Positions 1 to 10,456 are shown, counted from the first letter of the stretch. The stretch is 64,000 bases of DNA from Candidatus Bathyarchaeota archaeon (GCA_963768895.1 CAVYJU010000027.1:22534-86533), one strand, 5' to 3'. Notes: generated by a model not told the origin, from the sequence alone. Numbers and translations are program-made.

Positions 1-51
1 AAAAAATTCTTCGTAAAGGATTATCTTAAAGCAGTAATTTCGTTAGAGCCT

Positions 52-1290
52 TCAGTGGATAAGTAATGTTAATGCCGCACCAGTAATTACCGGCACTAGA
101 ACATTATCATTTATTGGCAATGGAAGAACTTCAATTGTCATAGCAATCGCTGCACCAGCTAAAGCGAATAATGGGGAAACAAAAAAGGTCCCTGCTAAAA
201 ACGCGAAAAAGAAGCCCGCTAAAGAACCTTCCCAAGTTTTGCCTTTATTGAACGGCAATGAGGTGGAGATTAGTCCTCCAAAAAGCGAAGCAGCGCTGTC
301 ACCTAAACAAAACATGGCAATAGCAGCGTAACTTGCTGGATGAGGGAAGAAGACTAGAGTAAAGAGAATACCAAATGCAAAATACAAGGGTGCCGCAGCG
401 AAACCTCGCAGTTCTGATTGATTGGCGGCATGACGCGTAATTGCTGAAATTATCGATAATTCTTTTCCTTCCAGACGCCAGAGTTCTGATATTGTGTAGA
501 TGAGTGCTATGCCGAAAATTAATGAACCGACTAAAGGAACACCAATTAGGCTAGCGACAACCGGCATAAAAAAACCTGATGCATGAATATCTTCTCTTAC
601 AAAATCATTGACAGACGGAAAAGAATGTTTGTGCTGTTTCCCATCTATAATGGGTAAGATTCCAGAAAGTGAACCATTTACTACCCTATCAGCTTTAACC
701 CTAATAATGAAATCAGGGTTAAAACCAATTTTTAAAGCTTCTGTGAGAAAAATGCAGCGATTGTTTCTATCATCAGCAACGACTACGCAGTCATTTATAC
801 TCAATTTTTCATTTTCCAGTATTTGACAAAGAATCTTCAGTTTGCCGCTGGGTTCAATAGCGTCCCCTGTGATTTTACCGGTCAACTTGCCATCTTTGGT
901 TTCAACTTCTATGCCGTAGGCATATTCTGCACCTACAGCGGTAGCTAACTTTTTTACTATGATGGTTGGCAGGCCTGAACTGATCAAAGCTATTTTACAA
1001 TTTCTTTCTTTAATTTGGGAAAAAATATTTTGAAGGTATGGTGTAGACGGAATTGTCGCAAAAATAAGCATTAAAGTGTCAAGTTCAACTCCTTTCAGTT
1101 CTCTAAAGATTTTTCTTAAGGCTGAATCGAGCTTAACTATGCCTGATTCATAGAGAAAACCGAAGAACAGTAGCTTTATTAGTTTACTAAAACCCAGGCT
1201 TCTTCCTATCGCGAAAATGAAGCGGTTTTTCGGAATCAGCACTCCTTCAACATCAAAAACTACCATTCTACGTTTCTCTGCAGTGACCAT
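52..1290 (-). CDS. HAD-family (SerB-like) hydrolase fused to C-terminal dolichol/phytol-kinase-like (CTP_transf_1) membrane domain
   Basis: N-term VFDVEGVL, ISSG, ADDRNN (HAD-like motifs); C-term GDSAASLFG, KTWEGSLAG, PINDNVLVP with several TM helices. Confidence 0.8.
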   Translation of the reverse strand: MVTAEKRRMVVFDVEGVLIPKNRFIFAIGRSLGFSKLIKLLFFGFLYESGIVKLDSALRKIFRELKGVELDTLMLIFATIPSTPYLQNIFSQIKERNCKIALISSGLPTIIVKKLATAVGAEYAYGIEVETKDGKLTGKITGDAIEPSGKLKILCQILENEKLSINDCVVVADDRNNRCIFLTEALKIGFNPDFIIRVKADRVVNGSLSGILPIIDGKQHKHSFPSVNDFVREDIHASGFFMPVVASLIGVPLVGSLIFGIALIYTISELWRLEGKELSIISAITRHAANQSELRGFAAAPLYFAFGILFTLVFFPHPASYAAIAMFCLGDSAASLFGGLISTSLPFNKGKTWEGSLAGFFFAFLAGTFFVSPLFALAGAAIAMTIEVLPLPINDNVLVPVITGAALTLLIH

Positions 1291-1354
1291 TTCTTTTCTA
1301 AACTCACAAATACGCTATCTAGTAAAGAGGAAATGGTAGCTTGCTAAAGATAAA

Positions 1355-2701
1355 TTATGCTGTTTCACTACATTGATGCTCTCGGTTTTGGAGTTCCAAA
1401 GGGCATCCGCCACCACAAACTTCCAATTGAGAGCAATCTTTGCATTTTTGTTCAACATAGTCTCTGCTTCGCAGTTTCACAGCTAAAGGATTACTCCAAA
1501 TCTTTTCCCATGAATCTGTAAGAATATTCCCCAAACTTTCAAAATAACTTTGGCATGGAAAAACGTCGCCATTTGGTCCAACGCAAGCGTTTATCATAGC
1601 TGCTGTGCAAGCTTTGATACCTAAACCTAATTGTATAGGATCAAAATTGCAGTATTGTGTTGGTGTGTACCACAGAAACTTTAGACCAAGTAGGTGGGCT
1701 TTGTCTCTGATTTTAGGTAGCAAGATCTTTAACTCATCAGTTGTTAATGCAAACTCTTGGCTTGCTTCAGGAGCCTTCCCAGAATATATTAGACTGTTGC
1801 AGCCAAACGCGTTTACATCAAGACCTTTAATAAAGTCAATAGTTGTCAAAAAATCTGCTTCATTTTGCTTGTTCAGGGTTGTGTTGGTTGAAACATACAT
1901 TTTCGATGCTGCAGCATTTTTTATTCCCGCAACTGTTTCTTTCCAACTGCCCTTTTCTCCAGTTATTTTGTCGTGGATTTGAGGTTTGTGAGATTCAAGA
2001 GTTATCTGAATAAAATCTAATCCAGACTTCTCAAGTGTTTTAACGTATTCTTCATCTTTGAGTTTTCGTCCATTACTAATTAACCCAGTAACTATACCCT
2101 TGTTTTGACTATACTGTATCAAAGTTGGTAAGTCATCGCGTAATGTAGGTTCGCCGCCAGTGAAGGTTAGGATGAAAACACCAATTTCGCTAAGTTTATC
2201 GATTACTTTTTGCCATTGAGCCGTTGTTAACTCAGGAGTCTTGTGTGGCCCTCCAGCATAGCAGTGTACGCAGTCATTTTGACATCTAAACGTCAACGCC
2301 ATATCCATGCGCAGAGGTGCTGAATATTGGTGGCTAAAGGGTTCCTCTTTTTCTATTTCAAGAAAAGAAACGGGATCAACTTTATGAGTTTGCGCCAAGG
2401 TGCTAATTGAATAAATGAGTTTTTCATAATCGGTTTTTGCCGTTTCAGTATTCACGCGGTACATGCGCTGAATTTTCTTCAAAATCTCTTCTCTAGAGAG
2501 TCCTTGCATGAAAAAGTATGCAAATGCAGTTGCAGTGTGGTTTAAGTGAAGCACGGAATTAGCATTAATCACCATTACGCCTTGTCCATCTTGCTCTACT
2601 CTAAGCTGAAGGGACATGCCTGCAAACTTGTTTTCCCCACGGTAGGTATAGCGTCCTGGGGCAATCTTTGCTTTGCCAACAATTCTTTTGAGAAAACTCA
2701 T
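1355..2701 (-). CDS. Radical SAM/SPASM protein with N-terminal PqqD/RRE-like domain
   Basis: CQNDCVHC, TGGEP; SPASM C..GDVFPC and CKDCSQLEVCGGGCP; RRE-like LNHTA..EEI...MYRV..AKTD. Start placed at ATG 2701 (MSFLKR), 1 nt after the upstream stop. Confidence 0.9.
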   Translation of the reverse strand: MSFLKRIVGKAKIAPGRYTYRGENKFAGMSLQLRVEQDGQGVMVINANSVLHLNHTATAFAYFFMQGLSREEILKKIQRMYRVNTETAKTDYEKLIYSISTLAQTHKVDPVSFLEIEKEEPFSHQYSAPLRMDMALTFRCQNDCVHCYAGGPHKTPELTTAQWQKVIDKLSEIGVFILTFTGGEPTLRDDLPTLIQYSQNKGIVTGLISNGRKLKDEEYVKTLEKSGLDFIQITLESHKPQIHDKITGEKGSWKETVAGIKNAAASKMYVSTNTTLNKQNEADFLTTIDFIKGLDVNAFGCNSLIYSGKAPEASQEFALTTDELKILLPKIRDKAHLLGLKFLWYTPTQYCNFDPIQLGLGIKACTAAMINACVGPNGDVFPCQSYFESLGNILTDSWEKIWSNPLAVKLRSRDYVEQKCKDCSQLEVCGGGCPLELQNREHQCSETA

Positions 2702-2702
2702 C

Positions 2703-4342
2703 TTAATGGGCACCTCCACCCGCACAGGCACAAGCACATGAAACGCAAGCGCAAGCACAGGCGCATGCTGCACAAGCACAGACACAGTCAGCTTTGGGAT
2801 GTGCTGGATCATGAGATGCTTTTGGCGGTGGTGGAACAATGGAGTTGGCGAACTTTTCTACATTCACTACTATGTTGTTTGAAGTTTTTTCTACTGAGGT
2901 CGCTATGTTGTTTGCAAAGTCAGCTCCAGGAATAGCTGGAGGCTTAGCTGATTGTGCAGGAGCACTAATATTTGGTTGGATAACTGGATTAGGGTGATAT
3001 GTTGTGTAGCCGTACCACCACCAGAACCAAAGCGGGTTTGGCTGGAATGGTCTGTTCTGGAAGATAGTTTCGGTTTGTGACCGCTGGTTGGGATCAAGCA
3101 TAAGCCATAGCAGTTGCTCATCATAAGCGTTTGATGCTAATTCAGCCGTTCCAGCTTGCTGCACCTGGGTCCACGCTTGAGCAACGATTTTTCTGTAATA
3201 GTCAACTGTGTCTTTTCGGCTGTAACCCTGCATTTTTTGCTCAGTTGTGTCTCGCAAAGACATGATTGTGTGAGCTAGTTTCACTTCATCCAAGGTTCCG
3301 TCGGGTTTGAGTGCGTTGAGGAAGTCAATCTCGTAATACCTCAATGGGTTGTCCTTGCTTCCGATTTTATTTTCAGTAAGGTGGAAGCACACGAATTTTT
3401 ATTGCAGGATTAGCTTGTTCTACCCAAACAGCTCTCTTCTGCAAAAGACTATAGAGAATTTCAGTGACAATCTGCGGTGGCTTAATATCTAGAAGATATG
3501 AGGCTTCAACCGCTGTTAAACCTCGTTTTACTCCCAATGTTTCCATGCTAGCTTTTGGCGAAGCATACGAGCTTTTCCTAGCGACCTGTACAACTAATGC
3601 TATAACAATTATTGCAATTAATGGCAAAGCAATCAAAAGAAGAATGTTTGCTAAATTCCCAAGGCTGCCAAAGCCGCCTCCTGAGGAAGAGGTTGGTGTA
3701 TAGTTGGGTAAATATTTGGCTGGAAAAGAAACCCCGACGATGTGTTGTTCGTTTGCCTGTAGAACGGGGATTTGCCAATATACAGCAAGTCTTCCATCCA
3801 CTATTGAGGTACCGTTGTAGAAGTTCTGCGTAGTTTTTACGTCGCTCGTGGTGGCACCTGTCGGAAGAACGATTTGCACACGCACATCATTAATTGGTAT
3901 ATCTGTCCATTCTGGTGCAAACTGCATCCCGTAGTTTCCCGGGTTTTGTGTGTCATTGCTTATCAAGCCTGCAACATTAGTCGTTACAGTAAACCATACA
4001 GAGTTTCCAGCCGTTAAGGGCTGATTAAGGGTCACATCGACTTTGTAGTCACTGCCGCTGCTTGCATCAGAAACGCGCCAGTTGGTTTCCGTTTTGGTCA
4101 ACAGCTTGACCTATTGTGAAGTCACTTTTTGGTTGACCAACATAGAATCCGTGAATAATTCCTGAGGTAACAGTTAATGTTATGTTATAAGTTAGGTCAA
4201 TGGTGCCGTCTTGGTTAATTAACACCTGTGCCCACTGATGATCAATACTGTAAACTATGTTCTGAGCATTAACCAGGCTTGATGCTGCTAAAGTTACAGT
4301 TAAAATTAAAATAACTGCAAAAAAATAGACATGTTTTACCAT
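2703..4342 (-). CDS. Signal-peptide membrane protein (DUF2207-like) with C-terminal Cys-Ala repeat tail; two frameshifts
   Basis: ORFs 4067-4342, 3373-4101 and 2703-3392 join into signal peptide, beta-rich ectodomain, TM helix, GLTAVEA motif and tail CVCACAACACACACVSCACACAGGGAH. Confidence 0.8.
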
Positions 4343-4691
4343 TTGGGTTCCTCTGTTACCTCAAAAGTTGTGCCACAATAAGGACATTTAACATAAGGCA
4401 CACCTGACACAATTTTTATCTCTTTAGCATCAATTGAAGCCGAACAATTTGGGCATTTAATTGCTGCTGCTTGCATTTGCCCTGAAACTTCAAGGCGCTG
4501 GATTACTGTTTTGGGTTTGCGAGTAACGAAGTATATTCCAAGCGACAACTGCTAAGGCCAATAATGAAAAGTAATCCGCTTGTAACCAGTCTCGTTGATG
4601 TTGCTTGAACTGAAGCGGCAAGAGCGAAAACTATTGCAAAGAAGAATAATATTGCTGCCGCAATGGCGCCAAGTATTGCAATGGCTTTCAT
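4336..4691 (-). CDS. Small 2-TM protein with C-terminal Zn ribbon; one frameshift
   Basis: ORFs 4503-4691 + 4336-4548; CPNC...CPYC; stop overlaps the next start (ATGGTAA). Confidence 0.75.
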
Positions 4692-4830
4692 AGATAGGTT
4701 TGGTGTATATCTTTAAGATTTAAGTTTAGCTGTTTGTTAACTATATGCTGGCATGCGTTAACTTGATGGGTATGATAAGACTTTTATTATTAGGTGTTAC
4801 CAAACTTTCTAGAAGTGTTACTGGTCTCGG

Positions 4831-5363
4831 TTGAACCACGCGCCAATAAAAAAACGTTTTAGCGTGAATATCGCATTAATCAGCATTTTCAGCGCATTGT
4901 GGGTAGTTCTAAACTACTGTGGCTCCGATTAGTTTTAGGCTCACTGGATTGCCTGTAATTCATAGCGTAGTAATTTTCTTTATTCTTTTTCTTGTTATAT
5001 GGGCAACAAATCAATATGGTGCCGTATCATTAGTTGGTATTATCGGCTCTGTCATTGTTTTGCTAAGCGGTGGTCCGCTTCCCGTAAAGGCTTCAACTTG
5101 CAGCCATACTCTTTGATTTAGTTTTCTTGGTTAATCATCATAGATTTAACTTTAAACCTGCAAATGTAGGAGTTGCTGTTTTTGCGACTATTGTCGCAGC
5201 ATTTTTGCTGAGTATTTTGAATTTTGTTCTTGTTTCTCCCGCGTTTGCTTTAACTGTTTGGGCAGGTTTGGTAATCATAGGTGGAATAATTGGTATGTTA
5301 ATTTCTTTGCCGATTATCGGCATTTTAGAAAAAGCACAGGTCAAGCGGGTTAAAACAGATTAG
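4831..5363 (+). CDS. Multi-TM membrane protein, ECF S-component-like; frameshifted
   Basis: NIALISIFSALWVVLN segment followed by hydrophobic ORFs 4919-5116 and 5127-5363. Confidence 0.5.
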
Positions 5364-5460
5364 CTTGAACATTATTTATGATCAAAAATTAGGAAACGTT
5401 AGAAGGAATTTGTATAATTTATATATTAATGGTACATAATCAAGATACCGAGGACATGGC

Positions 5461-6210
5461 ATGGCTTGGTACGACGATCCTATAACTGTGATTACAGTTG
5501 CAGTAGTGATAATTGCCGCTGCTGGAATAGTCATTTACGCCATGAGAAGACTGGGCAAAAAGCCTCAGCCAAAGAAGCCTCAAAAAGCAATTAATGATCC
5601 AAGCCTTGATTATTCTTCTTCACCGTTCAGAATTTCAAAAAGCGTTCAAACATCAACAGCATCTAATGCAAAAGATGAATTGCGAATGCTTGATTTGGAG
5701 CGAGAAATTTTAAGTGATGCAATCCGGCGTTTGTATGAAGCTCAAGCGGAAGGAAAAATTACTGAGCAAGAAAGAGAAAAACTTGCAGCAAGTTACAAAG
5801 CAAGAATGATGTCCATTAAAGAATCTATTTCAAAAGATGAAACTATTGTAGCCTTGCATGATCTTGAAGGTATGCAAGAAGATTTAATGAAGCTCTTCAG
5901 CGAACGTTTCGGAGAATTAACTTCTAAAGTCGATGAACTTAGAACCAAAATTGATGTTAAACCAATAAAAGAAATACCTGTAAGATTACCCAATCAAATG
6001 CCGCCTTCGCGAATGGAAAAAAATGAAGATGCTGAAGAAGATGAAGAGGCTGAAGGGGCAGAAGTCAGCGAAGAAAAACCGAAAAAGAAACGCAAGCCGC
6101 CCGAGGAAAGACCCGATGCTAAAACTGAAGCTGAAAAACGAATAGATTCCATTAGAAGCGAAGTTGAAAAGGTTTTAGATAAACTGGGGCAGATGGAAAT
6201 TGAAAGTTAA
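5461..6210 (+). CDS. Membrane-anchored coiled-coil hypothetical protein
   Basis: N-terminal TM helix, charged helical body, GAGG upstream; overlaps rpiA start. Confidence 0.75.
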   Translation: MAWYDDPITVITVAVVIIAAAGIVIYAMRRLGKKPQPKKPQKAINDPSLDYSSSPFRISKSVQTSTASNAKDELRMLDLEREILSDAIRRLYEAQAEGKITEQEREKLAASYKARMMSIKESISKDETIVALHDLEGMQEDLMKLFSERFGELTSKVDELRTKIDVKPIKEIPVRLPNQMPPSRMEKNEDAEEDEEAEGAEVSEEKPKKKRKPPEERPDAKTEAEKRIDSIRSEVEKVLDKLGQMEIES

Positions 6211-6922
6211 CACAGATGGGGTTCAAGAGTCAAAACGCAATGCAGCTTTAGAAGCAGTCAAGCATGTTAAGGAAGGCTTTATTCTTGGTTTAGGTAGCGG
6301 AAGCACAGCTGCTTTTGCCATAGAAGCTTTAGGTGAACGAATTAAAACCGAAAAACTAAGTATTTTGGGAATTCCTACTTCTTATCAAGCTTTCTTGTTA
6401 GCAGTTGATTGTGGAATCCCAATTACAACTCTGGATGAGCATCCAATAATAGATATAACAATTGACGGGGCAGACCAAATAACCCCCGAACTTAATTTGA
6501 TCAAGGGTATGGGTGCAGCGTTGGCAAGAGAAAAAATTGTTGCCTCAGCCTCAAAACTTAACATCATTATTGCTGACGAAAAGAAAAAAGTGAATCGACT
6601 GGGTGAAAATAACCAGTCTGTGCCGATTGAAGTTTTGCCTTTTGCTATCTCACTTGCAAAACGAAAAATTATTGAAGCTGGCGGGAAACCTATTGTTCGC
6701 GAAAGTAAAGGCAAGCTTGGTCCAGTCATAACAGATAATGGGAACGTCATTTTGGACTCGTATTTCGGTGAAATCAGTAGGCCTGACGAATTAGAAGTCA
6801 AGGTGAAAATGATTCCTGGCGTTATAGAAACTGGTTTTTTTGTTGGCTTAACAGATATTGCCTATATTGGAACTGGTAACGCAGTTGGAAAAATTGAGAA
6901 AATAAAATTAAACCGACTTTAA
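6200..6922 (+). CDS. rpiA: Ribose-5-phosphate isomerase A
   Basis: GLGSGST, DGAD, KGMGAALAREK, TDNGN, PGVIETGFF. Confidence 0.95.
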   Translation: MKVNTDGVQESKRNAALEAVKHVKEGFILGLGSGSTAAFAIEALGERIKTEKLSILGIPTSYQAFLLAVDCGIPITTLDEHPIIDITIDGADQITPELNLIKGMGAALAREKIVASASKLNIIIADEKKKVNRLGENNQSVPIEVLPFAISLAKRKIIEAGGKPIVRESKGKLGPVITDNGNVILDSYFGEISRPDELEVKVKMIPGVIETGFFVGLTDIAYIGTGNAVGKIEKIKLNRL

Positions 6923-7117
6923 TTTTAGTTCCAACTATTTTTCCAGTAACCAGAAATACCTTGTAACTATTGACTCAAGGTTTTTTGGTCTATGCAGCCT
7001 TGTTTTTTCATTGAAATTTGTGGCTAAAGGTTTTTTTTAATAACAAAGCGTGAGTTTTTTCTACGCACAAATTGTTAATACCCAATTTCGTTTACCTGTA
7101 AGATGGGTTAACACCAA

Positions 7118-7426
7118 ATGGGCTCCAAATTAGAAATGTACGTTGATATTCTGAAGGTCTTAGCAGAAAGCGGACCACTAAAGGCATCACACATTGCAGT
7201 TGAAGCAAATGTCACAACAAACACGCTAAAAGGATACTTAGAATTCTTGATTAAGCAAGGATTAATTGAAGAGCACATGGTTGGAAAAAGCAATGCAGCA
7301 TATATCGCTACTTCTCGTGGAACATCAGTAATTAAATTCTTTAAAGAACTAGATAAGACCCTCACTATCATTGAAGAAGACAAAACTTTGCCCCTGCAAT
7401 ACGAAGAGCAAGAATTGGGCAAATAG
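7118..7426 (+). CDS. Winged-helix transcriptional regulator
   Basis: SKLEMYVDIL...YLEFLIKQGLI...YIATSRG, archaeal wHTH pattern. Confidence 0.8.
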   Translation: MGSKLEMYVDILKVLAESGPLKASHIAVEANVTTNTLKGYLEFLIKQGLIEEHMVGKSNAAYIATSRGTSVIKFFKELDKTLTIIEEDKTLPLQYEEQELGK

Positions 7427-7514
7427 GTTTTCAGCAATTTACTTACTTTTCTGATTTGCAAAAATTCCAAAGTAGATTTTGATCAATTGCTCAATGAGAG
7501 CTGATAAATTAATA

Positions 7515-7796
7515 TTAATCAATTCGATTTATGTTAGTTCCGCCAAATATTGAATCGTCATCCTTGGAATTGAAATACTCATACAACTTTTGTCCTTTGT
7601 CTGTAATCGAATACACTTTTCTATTCCCAAGGCTTTTTTCGATTATTAGTTCTAACTGGACCAGGAACTGTAGTATTTCTTTTGGAGAAGACAACTTAAT
7701 GTCAGCCTTTTGTATGATTTGTTTTTGCGTTATTGAATCCTCGTAGTTTAAGACTCTGATGACGGCTAGATACTTCTCCATTCTTGAAAGTGCCAA
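7515..7796 (-). CDS. Winged-helix transcriptional regulator
   Basis: LQFLVQLELI...YSITDKG; similar to 7118-7426. Confidence 0.75.
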   Translation of the reverse strand: MALSRMEKYLAVIRVLNYEDSITQKQIIQKADIKLSSPKEILQFLVQLELIIEKSLGNRKVYSITDKGQKLYEYFNSKDDDSIFGGTNINRID

Positions 7797-8031
7797 AGCA
7801 CACGCCTATGTGGGAAAAATTTTATCCTCAGAACTATTAAGCCTTTCCTCTTAAGACAGCTTTCATGTGAAACGTTTTTATTGAGTCATTTTGTTTTTTT
7901 GATGTGGAAATGTTCTGATGAAGCATCATATTGAAAGTTGGTACTGAAAAAATCACGATGTAGTTTTCAATTAGTCAATAATTTAGTAGGAAAAATGCTT
8001 TCTTCACAATATCATAGACTAAATAGTTTGC

Positions 8032-8271
8032 TTATCTCGCAGTTTTAGATGGTTTTTTAATGTGAGTTATATGCGAATAAACGTAATCTTGTTCCGATAG
8101 AGTTTTTCTGATTAGGTCTTGAATGGCATTGTTAAAGTTTCCATTATAGTAGAGTTTCACGATTTTTTGTGCAAACTCGGTAATAAGAGAGGCGGGAACA
8201 TCGTGCAAAGTTAAGTCAAGCGAAAGTTCTTCTTCAGTCGCTAAGAGCATCGTTTTCTTTTTCATACACAT
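8032..8271 (-). CDS. Small hypothetical protein
   Basis: 79-aa ORF with plausible composition, preceded by a structured leader. Confidence 0.6.
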   Translation of the reverse strand: MCMKKKTMLLATEEELSLDLTLHDVPASLITEFAQKIVKLYYNGNFNNAIQDLIRKTLSEQDYVYSHITHIKKPSKTAR

Positions 8272-8359
8272 TCACTTTGTCGAGCTTACCGTTCCAACAA
8301 TTTAAAAGGTAAGCTAAGAAACTACAGTGCCGAATAGCGGAGACTGTTGTGAAAGTGAA
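8271..8359 (-). promoter_or_regulatory. Three-way-junction leader structure covering the RBS/start of 8032-8271
   Basis: Stems TTCACTTT/AAAGTGAA (8271-78/8352-59), AGCTTACC/GGTAAGCT (8283-90/8308-15), ACAGT..CCG/CGG..ACTGT (8324-47). Confidence 0.5.
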
Positions 8360-8563
8360 ATCAGCTTAAGGTTATCTGTTACAATCTACGATTGTCGCTT
8401 TCGCCATTAGGGAAATTAGAGAGGAAATTGAACTTAGAATTCGAAAGCTAATTTAGTTTTAAGAATAATTTGTAAAAAGAAAAAAAACTAACGTTTTTGA
8501 GCCCCAACTGATTTGTTTAATCGGTTTTAATTTCCGATTTGCAGCTTAGTGGGGTGGCTTGTC

Positions 8564-9205
8564 TTATTGACTGTTTTCTTTCATTGGTGCAGTCGAAAAA
8601 GCATGAAGTGTTGATTCGTGATTCCATGCGCTGGGGTTTTGATATTTAACTGTTGGAGTTATTTGCCTATGTATTTCTGTTTCTTTGGCTTCAAGGCAAT
8701 ATATGATTTCAATGAGCGTTTCTCTGTGTTTTCCTTTTTCTTCCACAAAGTTTTCAAAAACTTTCTTGAAATTACCAAAGTTTACAGTGACTGCTTTTGA
8801 CAATTCATCCACTAAAACTTTTGTACCACTTGACTGCAAGTAATTTGCGTAAATTTCGCTCAGTAGGTCTTCGAGGTTAATGAATTCTTTTAGAAACTCA
8901 TAGGATATCACGTAATTCATATTGTTGATTTTAGAGATTTTCTTTGTTAGGTTCTTGATCTCCGCGGTTAATTCCAATAGATTCTTCTTGTCGTTTTTAT
9001 TTTCCATTTCTATTTGGTCAAGTGAATCTAGCATCGCCTGGATAATTTTTGAGTTTTTTAAGCTGTCGTAAGCGAGTCCTAGGATGAAGTTGTTTTCGGG
9101 CTGATTGATTTTTTTGGAGAAGGCTTCGTAGAGCTTAAAAGTTTCATTTTCGATAATGCTGCAGTACTTTAGGTATTGGGCACTTTCCTGTAATTTTTCA
9201 TTCAT
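8564..9205 (-). CDS. Ferritin/rubrerythrin-like helical protein (degenerate)
   Basis: IENETFKLY...AYDSLKNS; EDLLSEIY...EEKGKH duplicated four-helix pattern. Confidence 0.6.
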   Translation of the reverse strand: MNEKLQESAQYLKYCSIIENETFKLYEAFSKKINQPENNFILGLAYDSLKNSKIIQAMLDSLDQIEMENKNDKKNLLELTAEIKNLTKKISKINNMNYVISYEFLKEFINLEDLLSEIYANYLQSSGTKVLVDELSKAVTVNFGNFKKVFENFVEEKGKHRETLIEIIYCLEAKETEIHRQITPTVKYQNPSAWNHESTLHAFSTAPMKENSQ

Positions 9206-9370
9206 TTTTTTTCTCTCCGCCTCTGTGAATCTATGGATTATCGATATATATTAAACCTTACGATTCATTAGATCTTTAGTATTCCTGTTGAGCACCTGAA
9301 CAGAAAACGCTAAAGTAAGCAACAACATAATCACTAGCAAAGAAATAATTAGTTGTTAGGGCGATGACCG

Positions 9371-9706
9371 TTGGTTTTAGATAATTTTGTCTCGTGCATG
9401 AAAGAAAGTGAGTTAAAAGAAGGCCATATGATATCTGTCCGGGTTAAGGGCAGATCTATTTTGTTTGTAAGAAAAGAGGGAAAAATCTTTGGGGTTTCAA
9501 ATGATTGTCCTCATGAAGGCTGTTCTCTCAGCAAAGGCATCCTTAATGAATACTTGATTATGTGTCCATGTCACGGATGGAAGTTTGATATAAGAAATGG
9601 GCAGTTTTCGGAAAATAAAGCGATAACTTTGGTAAGTTACCCTTGTAAAGTGGAAAATGGAAAAATATACGTTGAAATCGTTGACAAAAAATCCATGTTT
9701 TTTTGA
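9371..9706 (+). CDS. Rieske [2Fe-2S] ferredoxin
   Basis: CPHEG...CPCHGWKFD. Confidence 0.9.
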   Translation: MVLDNFVSCMKESELKEGHMISVRVKGRSILFVRKEGKIFGVSNDCPHEGCSLSKGILNEYLIMCPCHGWKFDIRNGQFSENKAITLVSYPCKVENGKIYVEIVDKKSMFF

Positions 9707-9913
9707 GTTTCTCCGAAAGTCTTTACTTGAAAATTGCCTTTCTGATAGGAACTTAGTCGGACTTTAGAAAGAAGAAGAAATTGCTAATTGTTATTAAAAA
9801 AAGTTCAGTGTAAGAAAACAAGCTACCGTAATAATATTTTTTTTACGAGAGTTATCATGGATTCAATGAAATGCTACACTAAAACTTCAACTAGATCCAA
9901 AAAAGGAACGAGT

Positions 9914-10324
9914 TCAAGAACTGCGTAATACGATCATTGTGTTGGTTTTTACGATGCCACCGACCATGCGAATTTTCTCTATGCATTCATTTACTTCGGT
10001 CATGTTCATTCCGCTGATTACTGCAACGATGTCATATTCGCCGCTAACCTCATAGGTTGTTTCAACATTGGGTATCGATTGGATTTTCTTTGAAACTTCC
10101 TGGGTTGGGTTAGAAGGATTAGTTGCTAGCAGTGTTATTGCTTGAGCGCCTTCTGCAACGCCGATTTTAATTGTGAATTTACGTATGATTTCTTCATCTG
10201 CTAGTGTTTTGATTCTTTTCCGCACGGCGCCTTCAGATAAGCCGACTTTACCACCTATCTCACCGTAGCCCGCTCTTGCATCTTCTTTTAGGAGTTTGAT
10301 TATTTGCCTATCTGTATCGTCCAT
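9914..10324 (-). CDS. lysM: Lrp/AsnC family regulator, LysM-like
   Basis: MDDTDRQII..DAR..GLSEGAVRKRI HTH plus RAM domain; divergent from lysW. Confidence 0.8.
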   Translation of the reverse strand: MDDTDRQIIKLLKEDARAGYGEIGGKVGLSEGAVRKRIKTLADEEIIRKFTIKIGVAEGAQAITLLATNPSNPTQEVSKKIQSIPNVETTYEVSGEYDIVAVISGMNMTEVNECIEKIRMVGGIVKTNTMIVLRSS

Positions 10325-10456
10325 TTTTTTCGCCGAGTTATTTGTCAGTCATTAAATCTAGTAGTTTTCCTTATAAAGATTATAGCTATTTTGCGTTTTT
10401 CGTTGTACTAACTTGCTTTTTTTACGTTTTCAACTCTTTGCAAGTGCTAAATGCCT

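Noticed and set aside
2702-2839. N-terminal extension of the rSAM ORF (MFHHRQKH...)
   Set aside because: It is an alternate-frame read of the Cys-Ala tail of the upstream gene; the ATG at 2701 is the coupled start.
6385-6801. Antisense ORFs overlapping rpiA, and similar ones over lysJ, lysK, clpB, hom and argH
   Set aside because: These are shadow frames of well-supported genes.
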